A stretch of DNA of 64,000 bases from Isurus oxyrinchus (Eukaryota). A program made the position numbers and the translations under genes. Positions 51,851 to 64,000 of the stretch are shown one piece after another. The notes below the pieces were generated by a model. That model saw only the letters and a program-made list of their open reading frames with translations, had not been told where the DNA came from and ran no database searches. The stretch is taken from contig JANJGN010000034.1 of NCBI GenBank assembly GCA_026770705.1, positions 6,634,001 to 6,698,000 on the forward strand. The letters run 5' to 3'. Position 1 is the stretch's first letter. Each line of letters starts with the position of its first letter.

Positions 51851-54800
51851 ATCTCTACATATAGCCGGTCCTTAAACCAAACTATCAAAAAAGAAATCTA
51901 CAACAAACATTCACCATTTCAATTCCTGCAACACCTCCTTCATTTTTTTTCATTCTAAAGTAGAAAAGTATGGTACTGAGTTGATGAATAAATGAAAGAT
52001 ACCTCATTCAAAATGTGTGATTTTTTTTAAGATTTGACAAATGTATATTGAAATTCAGTGCTAAGCCCCATTGAGGGTTTTGAGAAACGTAAAAAAATTT
52101 CTGCCATGAAGCTCTATGGCTTTATCTTCAATCACTGAAAGTGAATAATATTTTCACATGATCCTTTCACCGCCTTCAGGGGCTAAATACGCGCCATATG
52201 CCAATCATAGCTCTCATAATCAAACTGAAGAATTAAATAATTATTGTTATGGTTGCAATGATGTCCTGGCTTATCAGATCATACAGATCTTCCTTCTTAA
52301 CTGTTGTACCAGATATGTTGAATTATTTATCCTGATTGTGTATCCATCCTGAAGTTTTCCTAGTCTAACTAATTGTCATGTTCAATATTAAACATTGGTT
52401 TCTGACTTACAATCTTCGATGAGGTATACTGGTACTCGTTAAATGGTGCCCCGTCAATTTCGTCATCAACCTTGCATGTAATGTTGACCATGCCTCTCAC
52501 CAGCAGCAATTACGTGGCCCTCCTCTCGACAAACGTATTGCACAACCTATAACACTAAATATGAAAAACAAAGCAGACCGTTGCTTGACGGAGCTTCAAC
52601 ATTTTATGAGGAATCTAAGATACCAAGTTGTCCTCTAAGGTTTTGAAGAGCTACTGCTGTGCCAGATCTAAATGAAAAAGCGACAAAGAGAAAAAAAAAA
52701 CAGTAACTAGAAAAATCATGTGACTTATCAATTGGAAAATTGCATTTTTCTCACTCAATCCTCCTGTCCCTACCAGCAAGGCGCGCTCAAAAACAAAATA
52801 ACATAAGAGATAGGAGCAGCAGTAAGCAATTCGGCCTCTCGAAACCTCTCAACATAAAAGAGCCGGCCCTTGCAATTGCGTTCGATTATCCTTTTTCCCG
52901 GGACACATTATGTTCCAGTTAGCTTTTAAATTTAGGATATTTTGGTAGTCCTTTGGCCTATAATTAGAGATGTTCAACTACATGCAGGTCGAACAAGATT
53001 TGCGGTGGTGGGGTCAGAAAGGTGCACATTTAACGATGATCTCACTGCAAATGTTGACTGAATTTACCACCCACGTCACGCTTGAACCACTTTTTGGCAA
53101 ATGCACTGCTACGCTCTTTACAGCACTTGCAAATTTGAGTTCTAGTGCATACTTCTCTTCCCTAACAGATTGTTGTTAATGTGTGGGTCAAACACTTATT
53201 ACAAATGCTAAGGAAGGAAACAACATGAGAGCCAAATTTTTCCATTTCAGAACTGGACAAACTGCGAATAGCACTAGACGATTCAGGTGAGGATATCACT
53301 TTAACGCCAGAATCTATTTCTGGTGTTTGAATTGTATTGCATGGGGTCGGGGGTCGTTGAAGTTTTATAGGGCTAGAGCAAAGCAGGCAAGAATGATTTG
53401 TCACCGGTCATTAGAACTATTTGTTCTTCATAACTGTTGAAGTAATTATATCTGGACTACTTGGCAAAAGGAAAGGCAATGCATTTATAGACTTTTGCGA
53501 TGGTATGCCTGATTTCGCGCCCTTTTGTCGACGTTCAAGACCCGTACAAGTAAATATAGATTAATTGATATGCATGTCCTTTAAAGTCAAGCGGACGACT
53601 ATCCAGCACCAGTATAACAGAAGCTCTGTGCTTTCTGTCTGGATTTGTGCTACCTCCCAGCATGAATTTCAAAGGTTGACTTCTAAAGCACAAATACAAT
53701 GTAATGCATGACTCCAATATAGCAGTATTAGCAAGGAAGACTCGTTTTATGTGCTTTAAAATTATCTTTTTGTAGAGGACAAGCTGCGGAAGTTTATTCA
53801 AGGTAAAAAGGGGATAACACTTCAATGACTTTCCTTTTACTTTGGCTCTTAAACAGCTATTGTGGAAGCAATTGAGAGCTTGTATTTTAAACCAGCCTTA
53901 ATAGCAAATGGTTCTTGCTGCAACAGCAACACAGACTTGCTGCAATTTAATGAACTTTGTTATAATCAATTTTGCTCTACAAATATTAGGTCAGATATAT
54001 CTTCCTTAGAGGGGTGCAACGAAGTATCACTGAATTGATTATTGTGAGAATGTGATCGTCCTTTGGGAAAGATAGAATAACGGCAGCTAAATTGCCTGAA
54101 GTCTTTTTTTAAAGTGGTGATCTCAGGAATCGCATACAATTCGGATGGGGTATTTCTGGAATTGTAGTTATGTTCACCCTCCTTGGTGAATATCGCTGTA
54201 TATGCACATAGGAACATCAGTAAGTTAGTCACACACTGTTGCAATATTCAACACAATCGTGGCTGCTGTGGAAGAAAAATAAATCAAATAGCCTGTATTG
54301 CCCGATCTCTCTGACACTGTTTGTCGTACACAGGCCTATCAGTCACAGTTTTAAATTTCGCAGTTATTCTTGCACGACCCGCAAATTTCAGCGTTATGTT
54401 ACGATAGCCTACCATTGGCAGCGTGTAGAACTGTTTCCTAATTCCACTCCTGAAAGGCCTGCCTCTCTTGTTTTATTCGAAGCTGCTTGGTCCTGCACTT
54501 CTCAATCATAGTAAATGTTTTTGCACAGTCGATGCTATCTGGAGCTGCAAGTTATATCTAAATCTTTAATCGCTACCTATCTTAACTTTCTAAGTTCGAA
54601 TCAGTAACAATTTTTATACCAAGCCATGGCTTTGCATAGAGCTTGTCTTTTGCATCCATGTATACTGTGCGAAAAGACATAACGGCCAAATTTTATCGTT
54701 TCCATAATTATTATCTGAAAATGTCAATTAATGTTCTATGATTTAAGAATCTGCACTCCCACCTTATGATGTACCGTGGATCATGGTTTAGGGCTGAGAT

Positions 54801-56041
54801 GAGAGCAACTTGTTTATTCAGTGGTATGTGGATGTTTAGAATTATCTGCTCTAGAAATTTGCGGATGCTCATTATTCAGAAGTTTCAGGGATGGGATGAA
54901 TAGTTTATTGATCTCAGATCACAAGTTGATGGGGTTAGGCCCATATCCCTTAATTGACTATAGGTTAAGCATCTGTTCCACCATTGAATGTATTCAGTGC
55001 CTCATAATTCATAAACCCTGAGGCAAAAAATTCCAAAGATGACAGCCATGTGAGAGAATTAAAATCTCCGCCTTCCCCCACGAAAGGGAGCACTTTTCAG
55101 AATCTACCCTCTCAAATCGAATCAGAATATGTTACGTTGGTCAAGTCACATTTCTTTCTTCTTAAATTTCCTAAGTATTGAACGATCTTGTCAAAACTTC
55201 TTCATAAGAATTTTTTTTCAATTGTTGTTATTGCATTTCAGCATTTAATTTAAATTTAATTAGATGTTGCTCGCTTTTTTTAATCTATAAGGGCAAACTC
55301 CTGGACCACAGCACGCTATAGTCTCTCTCCCCATAAATAATGCAGTACTTACTGTGCATCTTTTTCAAAGTTTCTAAGTTCGCATGTTGATACCTTACAT
55401 TTTTTTTCTGCAAACCCAGTCAGTTAGTTTCTGTATATCCTTTGGGGACACTTCACAACTTCCTTCTCCAAGTACCTTTGTATCATCAGCACAATTCTCG
55501 TCAATGCACTCCTTCCCTTAGTTCTTATAATTAGTGTAGAATTTAAATAGTTGAGTCAGGAAACGTTGAACTGTTATCATGCCCTATTTGGTTTAATGTG
55601 CTAATCTGATAATGGCCCATGACCATGTTGTGTTTTCTAATTCTCCAACCGTGAAAAGCCAGGCTGTAAGAGATGTATGCCCCACACCTAAACGAAATTC
55701 GTGTCTTCCAAGAAATCATTCAAAAACTAAATGTTGCAAAGATTCTAAATCTGTAATATAGCAAGGAAATATACTAAATGATTCAGACGTCAGATCGCCT
55801 CTCTGAAATCAGTAAGAAAGTTAACTTTCCAGGTCAATTATTTTTCATGAGTAGGATGATATCTTGAACAGTTTTAAACCAAGTGCTTAGGTAGGGAAAC
55901 TGACGAGGAAGGAAAACAATTCAATATCTTTGCTCCGTTACAAAGCACGAGAGGTTACTTAGGAAAGCTTTTCGAACATTATCGCTGTACGGAATCTCGA
56001 GCATTATGATATTTTACTATTATTTCTCATGGAACATGCAG

Positions 56042-56059
56042 GCCTTCGGAAAGATGATG
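56042..56059 (+). CDS. Microexon, class C variant (18 nt, GLRKDD; ancestral 27-nt form 56033-56059, EHAGLRKDD)
   Basis: Perfect donor GATG|gtaagt. The usable acceptor is catgcag|; the position expected for a 27-nt exon reads ttctcatgg (AG>GG). Confidence 0.6.
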
Positions 56060-57322
56060 GTAAGTCATAATGTTTAATAATATTGTTGACCATCTATCAA
56101 TTGTTTAAAGCTAACTCAATTTGAGAATACATGTAAAACTGGAGCTTTCAGTCAAAACCAACACTGCGAAATACTCAAAAAGGAAACAATGGATTGATTC
56201 CAGTTGCAGTGATCACGTCAAGTCTTACTTAAAAAGGGTGACATCAATGTATGAAGAAAATTAATACTGAACAGTGAAGTCCTTCATCGGTCCAATGAAA
56301 AAAACGTTCTTCACTTTATACGTGCCATTAATCTGGCTTTAAAGGAGTAAAACGGTCTGAGACGCCTCAAAGGAGCATTGTCAAACGGAAATTTGATATC
56401 CTGACCAGTATGAAGCTGACAAACCATCTTGTAAATTGCCCAGAATTTTAGCTGAACACCTCGGTTATGAGGCAATTTAAGTTAATATGCCCCAAGCAAA
56501 TTTTCATCATTTTCAAGATTTTTTTTAAATCTTATTTTTTCTCTATGCAAAGCTTGCATGAGGACAGGAGGCTTGGAGAATCAATCAGCGCCACGAATAT
56601 GCTACTGCAGGTATACCATTCCGTTGAACCAAATGGCAGGGAACAATCATGGACTTGCAAAGCATTCATTAACCAGTAACGAATGTGCCACCAGAAACAG
56701 GTTTCAAATTGCTAATGCCTTAACCTCTCGACATGCTACACAGCATTGCAACATTTATTCATGTCCATTTGGCCTTTATTGCGCCACATTTGACCGCAGC
56801 AAGGAAAGTTGAAACCATACTGGCAGAACGGATATTATTGTCCTGACGTTGTACAACGATTGTTATCAATACTATTATTAGTTTTTCCTCATGTCAATCA
56901 AGGATCTTAATGGTAACGCTGGTGACTCCAGAAATTGTTGTCTACATCTTTGTCTGCCTGGCATGTTACCGCAGGTTGTTGCCACGAGCACAATAACACT
57001 TCCCTAACGAAAATACTGAATGCCACGTGACTACCTTCTTAGCCTATCTTGACCACCTCACATGTTCCTTCATTACTCAGGAAACTGGTGCTACCGGCAA
57101 AAAATCATTCCTCCCCAGCTATTCTCTCTCGTTCTTTCATGTATTCCGAATAGCTACCTCCTTTTTCTATTGGCATATGTGCGAGTTTGTTCTAGTATCA
57201 TGTTAAGTTTGACGACAACTGTTCAAAAACATTTTTCAGCTACATGGCTACCATAATTTCTCTGCAAGGTATTATTGTTATTGTCATCTTACTCATTAGC
57301 TCATTTTGAAAAATAATTGCAG

Positions 57323-57349
57323 ATCTGCGGCTCCTTGAACAAGCTTATG
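57323..57349 (+). CDS. Microexon, class D (27 nt): DLRLLEQAY, GC donor
   Basis: ataattgcag|..TATG|gcaagt; clear RLLE paralogy and the expected position between a class C and a class A exon. Confidence 0.7.
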
Positions 57350-58074
57350 GCAAGTGTTTGTGATTCTGGTAACGCTAATATTTTTCTGTTCTTAAACCTA
57401 AGTTTAGAAGATGCCGTGGGAAGCAATTTCCAACTGAGATAAACGATTATGCTTTAAAACTCAAAATAGGATGATTGAGGAGATAATCTAACCTGACATT
57501 TCAAAACACTACTTTGGGAAGTGCTGCAGATCCAAATGTTCCGCCGCTTGTGTTGGAAGTTGCAGCTTCAACAACTCTTAAAAAGCTCTACAGCATTCAG
57601 GATAATGTGCACCCAATGCGTGGAAGCCCTTCCACCACCCCAATGCGTGCAGCGTGGAATTTAATTGTTTCACGGTTCATGGGTAAAGCTGTCTTGTGCT
57701 TGATGTCTGCTATTCTTTTCCTAAACCACTCGGCCTATTATTTATTTTTCGGGGACATTGCGCAAAATGTCTCTCTTTAAGTAAGTTTATAGGCAAATGC
57801 CTTAATGTCTCCCTATAGTGTTTTCAATGAATCAGATGGCCACAATTGTTACCTCAGTAAGTGCCAACAATTGTCGTATAGCTCTCCTGCGATGTCATTT
57901 TGGGACGTTGATTACTTAAAGAGCGTTGTTGTACATCAATTTATCGTCCTAATATAGGTATATCTATCGTGCTTTTATCGTGCTCGCTCACTTCATTTTC
58001 TTTTGCCACAGGCCTATTAGCTTCCAACTCCAGTTTGGTTATATTTCTCTCATATGGAGGTTTTTCTTTTTCAG

Positions 58075-58110
58075 AACTATACAAATGTAGAAAAGCCCTG
58101 AAAGATTCAG
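58075..58110 (+). CDS. Microexon, class A (36 nt): ELYKCRKALKDS
   Basis: tttttctttttcag|..TCAG|gtaatg; phase 1-1. Confidence 0.85.
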
Positions 58111-59213
58111 GTAATGAAACAAAACAATTATCATTTCGAAACGCGCACATGTATCATGAGTTCATGTTCTCCAATGTACGCAACTCCCGATGACTTAAAT
58201 GTCCAGATGTGGATACGGGGACCGGACAGTGAACAAAGATTGCATGAACTGGCAGTGGACATCATTGAACACAACATAACAAATGATGCATTAATTGCAG
58301 GAAACTGGGGTGATCTCAAAATTAAAAACATGTCAATTAGAGAAGATGCCATGAATCGCTTCTTCCCATGCACAGTAATATAAAACAGACTGTCTCTCTC
58401 AAAACTTTGTTGAGGATACGTTTTGTTTTGAAACTTTCAAGCCTTAGATTAATAAAAGTTATACATTAAATTAGGAATAAATTCTGCCGAGGAGGGACTA
58501 AGATAAATGACAGGCTCAATCTAATTAATTGGGTATTGTGTTAGAATGGCGAAACGGTGTGATTCATTCCCATGGTCCTATGAACCTATATAAAGGAACA
58601 CGCCGTTAGAGCTAAGTTAATGTTAAGTAGTGTTAATACACAACAGAGAAAAACGCTTGGCAATAATTGGATGAATTGTATCATTTGTCACGTGCAACCA
58701 TTTCTCATGCAGCCTGCTAACATTAATGGTTATGAAAATCTAGAGTCTAAAGTTTTTTTTAATATCCACTAGTGCAAGACTGTAGTGGAAAAGAACACTG
58801 AAACTTCACTCCATAACACGAAGGCAATGTCAGGCACATTGGATTTGCAAATGGATCTGTCATGAGTTTTGCGGGACTGGTACGTACAGCCCAAACTCTA
58901 GGCACAAATGAACATAGGGCCAGATCAAGTCGGCTGTGCATAAAAAGTTCATTCACGTATTGCTTTATTTTTATTTCAATGGAAATGAATATTGTGCATG
59001 ATGTATGAAAGACGTCTGATGTGCTATTGCCAATTTGGCGCTGCTGTCCAAGCTGACTGTCAATGTTAATTGAACTGAAAATCAGACGTAGTTTATAACA
59101 CATTACCAATGAATTCCACGTATTATATGTTCTTTTGTATGTGTGCTTAAAGACACCTGTTTTGGTTTTATTTGTTATATCATTTAATTTGATTATAATT
59201 ATTTCCTTCAAAG

Positions 59214-59237
59214 ATGAGACGAAGAAAACAAGTGACG
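59214..59237 (+). CDS. Microexon, short class C-like (24 nt): DETKKTSD
   Basis: atttccttcaaag|..GACG|gtaagt; phase 1-1. Confidence 0.7.
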
Positions 59238-59975
59238 GTAAGTTACATTAAGGATGCGGAAAATGCGGCCTGGGTAAGAATGGTCACCAGTCTTAGCTCG
59301 TAAACGAGAGTGTTTCATGTTCCTACAGCGTGGGTTTTTTAAACTTTCGTTAAGAAATGTGCATTTATGCCGTCAAACGTTGTCTCCAGGCAACCTTATT
59401 TAATGTTGCATAACACTTGCTGCAACTTCTCTAAACACAGTCACAAATGTAATTACAGTGGGAACCTTGAAGAAATTAAATGGACTCCATACAAATCACC
59501 ACTGATCTTAATATGCACCAAGTCCCATGCACCCGTCAGCCACATTGCCCACTGAGAGGTTCTGGTTAAGAATGTCATATTCCATCGATTTTGGGCATTA
59601 TCTTCTGTGTGAGCTAATCTATCCCTGGTGTCTTGTTGCACCATCCGTTTCCCCTCTTCCAAAACTACAAAGCTCCCATATATGTACACTTATAATCACA
59701 GAGACTCTTGCTGCTGCTTTGTTCAAATGGCTGTGGACATCTCAAAAACACTCCCCCTCTATTCCTTTAAATCAATCCCTAAAATCTAATAACTGGCCAT
59801 AACCTTGTTATGATATCTGTTTACCTGCATCCACGTCACGCGTTGGTTGATGTCACTGCTTGTGAAGTGCATTCGGATTTTTTTTTGCAATACTCAGCAT
59901 CCTATTGCTAATCAAGCTGTTGTTAATGCTTGGAACAAAAATCTGTCTCATTGTTGCGTTTCTTTTCTTTTTTAG

Positions 59976-60011
59976 AACTCATAGAATTGGGCGATCTGAT
60001 AGGCAAACTGG
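59976..60011 (+). CDS. Microexon, divergent class A (36 nt): ELIELGDLIGKL
   Basis: tcttttctttttttag|..CTGG|gtgaga; phase 1-1. Confidence 0.75.
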
Positions 60012-61306
60012 GTGAGAATAATTTATTTTCAGCAAATTAGGTTGCAAGGCTTATCATCGTTGCCTATTTAGTAACTCCTCAAAAGCTAATAACTTCAAAA
60101 TGACAAAGTAGAATTCACGCTCCAGCTGATCAATTTCAATTGTATCTGACCGTTATCATTTAGATTTATTACTCCTGCCTGAGAGGCTAATGGATAATCG
60201 GTCAAAATACTCATTGTGGAGCTCAGATTTAGTTTTGGCAGCACTACAAGCCTTATGTTCCTGCTCGAGGTTCTTTCGAGTGACATGCCCCACCGTTACC
60301 TGACGCTAAGGCGTGGACGATGGTCACTGCGCGAGTGTGATGAATGCTTGAATTAATTTTTCTTGTCGTTCTTGACTGGGACAAAAAAAAAGATCTCAGT
60401 GACTCCAGGAAACAGTAAATGTGTTGATTATTCGTCCAAACAGCACATTATAATTGGGTTCCGTTTTTATTTTTTTTATAAGGCACAATTATCGTCCTGG
60501 AGATTTATTACATGGTGTCTTTTCAGCGTGTTTCCATAGACAGATAGTTAGCTACATGAAGCAGACAAACATGCCAGCTGCAGGATTGACATTGAGCTCA
60601 GAAACATTATGAATTTGTGGAAACGCAGAACTGAAAAAAAATCACGTGAGGTACTCTCTCTGCTACACGGGATTGCCGTAACACATGATATATAATCGGT
60701 TCGAGTGCGGAGGACTGCAAACCTATGGGTGCTGAGCTTAATCTAGCTGAGTTATGAACATTCGAGATTTTTTTTTTTTGGAGCGATATCTGAGAAGGGC
60801 AGCTGAAACGATGAAGAAAGCTCGAGCCAGTTGGATTTTAGAGTAAGGAGCGTTGAATTTATTACTCATAGAAGATCGTGCGGATAATTCATCGGGATTA
60901 TATAGAGTGGACATCAACACTTGTGGCGTGCGGATGGGGAATAGAAATGGAAAATTCAGTTTGATATTAAGAAGATACGATATCTTCTTTCCATCAGAGC
61001 GATTTGGCTACGAATTTTTCACCTTCAGGAAACAGGGAAAACTGGGCCTTGAATTTCTTCAATGTTGATTTAAATAATTTTTGGTTGACAGGGAAGTCCA
61101 GGCTTCTGCCGGCAACATGAAGTGCAATTGAGGGCACAATCAATAAGATTTGGCCGTAATGAATGAACGAGCATCGTACAAGGGCTTAATCGCGATGTTC
61201 CTTTGTTACTAAAGAACTATTTTTAAGTTGCATATTCAATTCATTTCTTTGGAGTAATAAGTTTTTGCATGTCTTTGGCTCTGCTAATGCTATATTTTTA
61301 TTGCAG

Positions 61307-61333
61307 AAGATAAGTTGTCCCCAACTAATAAAG
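61307..61333 (+). CDS. Microexon, class B (27 nt): EDKLSPTNK
   Basis: tttttattgcag|..AAAG|gtaaaa; E-D/N-K-L start as in the other class B exons. Confidence 0.75.
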
Positions 61334-62569
61334 GTAAAATAATGCATCATGTTCACAGAAAATAACCATCAAATATTGTAGAGAAAAATAAATTTGAATT
61401 AAGAAACCAATGAATAAAGACAAATAGGGAAAACGGGGAGAGCTATTAGAAAATTGGACACGGAGACAAAGTGAAGTAAGAAAGTAAGAACACGGTGAGG
61501 GGAATGAGAAATAATGTGATTGGGTATTGGGAACTGAGAGACAGGCGGAAATGTGGGATTCAGCCAATGAACTAGTTGAAAGGAGGAAAAACCACTAAAG
61601 TGATTAGAAGGAAAGGATGCAAGAAAAAAGTAAAGAAGATAAAATGAAACACAAAGCGGGGAAAGGCTGCTTGCAAACACTCTATGTTTTCCCATTTTAT
61701 TTTTCCATCCAATGAAGAGGATTATTTCCAGATGCTGTCACTGTTGTGATTTGCAGCAAAGTCAGGCAAACAGGGAATAATAATGATCTTTTTGCATATG
61801 CGTCGTTATTTGCAAGTTTCTTATAAAACTGCCAAACAAACAAAAAACATTCAAATCAATGTATCAGCTTTCAAAGGACTTCAGCATTAAATGCATTGTT
61901 ATTAATAATTACATGTGAGCCATGACAGCAATTAGCAGTAATTTCGTAGGTACTTCAGGTCGTAATTATAGCGAAAAAGAGGGCTGACCAGGCTAATATG
62001 TTAGGTGCACCAGGGAAGATTCTGTTTAGGCTCAGCCTAGTTTTAAATTATATATGTTCATGCCATTTTTCTTATATCACTTTCTTTCCGATCCCTAAGT
62101 ATCGGGATGCGTCAAAATGATTCCTGGTGCAATTATGCATAGCTGAGTTTTACCAAAAAATATTCCACCCAGAACAGACTTTGAAAGAATTGGCAATCGA
62201 ATCAATTAAATGAAAACAAATATGCCACCCAGGAGCGTGCTTCAGACGACGCATAAATTGCGATCGAATGAGCTAACTGATTGAATTTTATTGAATGAGT
62301 TTTTTTTAACCACATGAGTAGTCCAAAGAGTAACCGTTAATTTTACTGATCTATTGAGCCTTCTAAAAATAATATAATTAAAATACTTAGCTAATGTCAA
62401 AAGTTTAGTTTTATTTTTTATATTGACCCAAATATTATTAATGCAAATTATGAAATCATAGAATGATTACAGAACAGCTGGAGCCTGTAGGTGCTGTTTC
62501 TGTGGAGAATTTATGTAAGAGCTGTTGAATATAGATCGCCTCACCAGCCTATTGCCTAGGGCGGTCTCT

Positions 62570-62950
62570 TATCTAAATAAACCAGTCCCGAGTTCAGTAA
62601 TGTTTTCTCGAAATTGAATTGGAGGTATTTTAGCTTTTTTTCTTTCCCTCTCCAGATGATCGGAAAATTTAATTTGAAACCCGAGATTAATTATATCTCG
62701 CGCAAGCTCCCTTTCAGTGATATACAGATCTCAATCACTCTCTCAATGCAAATAAACAGGATCAGCCATGTACATAATGTGGGTGGAATCATTTGGCGAA
62801 GGAAGCCTCTCACCCTCGCCTAGTGTAGCCTATATGTGAACCTAGGCCTACAGCAATCTGTTGAACTCTTAACTGTCCTCTGAGATGGCCTAAGAAGTCA
62901 TCACGTTGCAGTTAAATTAAGGATCGGCACAATGCATGAAAAATATAATT
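62570..62950 (+). mobile_element. Degenerate HE1-type SINE
   Basis: gaaggaagcct..gcctatatgtgaac..cagcaatctgttgaactcttaactgtcctctgagatggcctaag. Confidence 0.55.
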
Positions 62951-64000
62951 TAAAATGAAACATTTGCCAAGTAAACCGTCTTTTCATATTTTGTCTCCCC
63001 AATCTTGTGATCGTTCATAATATGTTCACGACATTTACAGGGAGAGTCAATGCTGGAACAGGGCCTTCTCGTAAACGTAGGACAGCATATCTCTTAACAT
63101 TACCTAGCGTGTCAAAAGTGCCCGTGTATTGAAATGCAATGTTGCAGAGATATTTGAGAGGATTGTCCACGAAATCTGAACTTCATTGAATTATTTTAAC
63201 AATTACTTGTATGTGAACAAATCATGGTCCTTATATGCTGTTAGACCCTTAATTGATTGAACTTTAGTTTTCACTATGTAGAATAACAGGGATGATAATT
63301 GTGTTTGACAAGAGCTGCTCTCCAATAATCTGCAAGCATTACATAGAATTTTAGACTCATTGAGTGTTGAGCATTTTGAACCAGTTCGCTGTCCTTTGTC
63401 TTCCATTTCTGGATACTTGACTCTTATGGCTCTAAAGGAAGACATTTGGTGCTCTTCCCGGTATCAAACTTTGCTCATTAGCTTTGCTTTACAAGTTTGT
63501 GAAGACATATGTCGCTGGTGGTTTCAAATGCTTCAAATAATGCACTGGCACCCTGGCATTCCCTCATGGCGGTTATAGGAAATGCTTGCCCAGGAAGCAG
63601 TATTAGACTTTGACAATGCAGCCTAATCCTTTCTATTTTTGTCACTTCATTGACGTTTTTTCTGTGGTGCCTGGCACGCACACTGCTCCTACCAGAGTGG
63701 TGTATCTGCTTATTTCCAACATGAGTTTTGCGACGAGCATCAGTCACACTGAAAGGGTTTCTTTTGTTTAGACTTGCACATGCAGTGCCCTTCAATGTCA
63801 CTTAGCTTGCATATGTCATGATCTGCACGCAATATGATGCACAGGCAGGAGAGGAATCACCCGCGTGGCTTGCTCGGTTCCATTAACGGATGACAATAAA
63901 TTAACATGAAGAAAGAGGTTGTACATTTTCCCCCTTTGCGAGGATTACGTCATATTCACAAAAACATTCAGTGGAGCATCAAAAGTGTATGATTTCAGAT

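Noticed and set aside
62656-62682. Possible class D exon DDRKI*FET after a strong acceptor
   Set aside because: It has a stop, no donor, and lies within an HE1-like SINE remnant.
63041-63070. 30-nt AG..GT segment (GRVNAGTGPS; another frame reads ESMLEQGL)
   Set aside because: The donor C|GTAAAC is weak, and the class D-like reading is out of phase with the acceptor. Not supportable as an exon.
1-64000. The short ORFs of the six-frame track as stand-alone genes; prokaryotic features such as CRISPR arrays or operons
   Set aside because: The DNA is intron- and repeat-rich vertebrate sequence. The ORFs are random, repeat-derived or overlap disabled exons, and I saw no regularly spaced direct-repeat array.

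Overview
This is AT-rich vertebrate DNA, most likely from a shark or other elasmobranch: the repeats resemble HE1 SINE, HER1/CR1 LINEs, a Deu-domain SINE and shark-type Penelope elements. Nearly all ORFs in the supplied track are spurious or repeat-derived. The main hidden structure is a + strand, highly fragmented gene that the ORF track cannot show. It has three parts. (1) A candidate phase-1 leader exon at 912-951. (2) Six heavily disabled exons between 2.2 and 6.5 kb whose conceptual translations look like B7/butyrophilin-type Ig domains in V-C-V-C-V-C order. (3) At least 22 intact, frame-preserving phase-1 microexons of 18-36 nt between 6.7 and 61.3 kb, in four recurring classes ordered A-B-(C)-D. 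Spliced together they give a stop-free ~210-aa Cys-studded heptad coiled coil. I found no transmembrane exon, terminal exon or B30.2 exon in the window. The introns are filled with degenerate CR1/HER1, Penelope (including a ~1.7-kb inverted pair), RTE and SINE fragments. Everything was read by eye; repeat boundaries are approximate and no database search was run.
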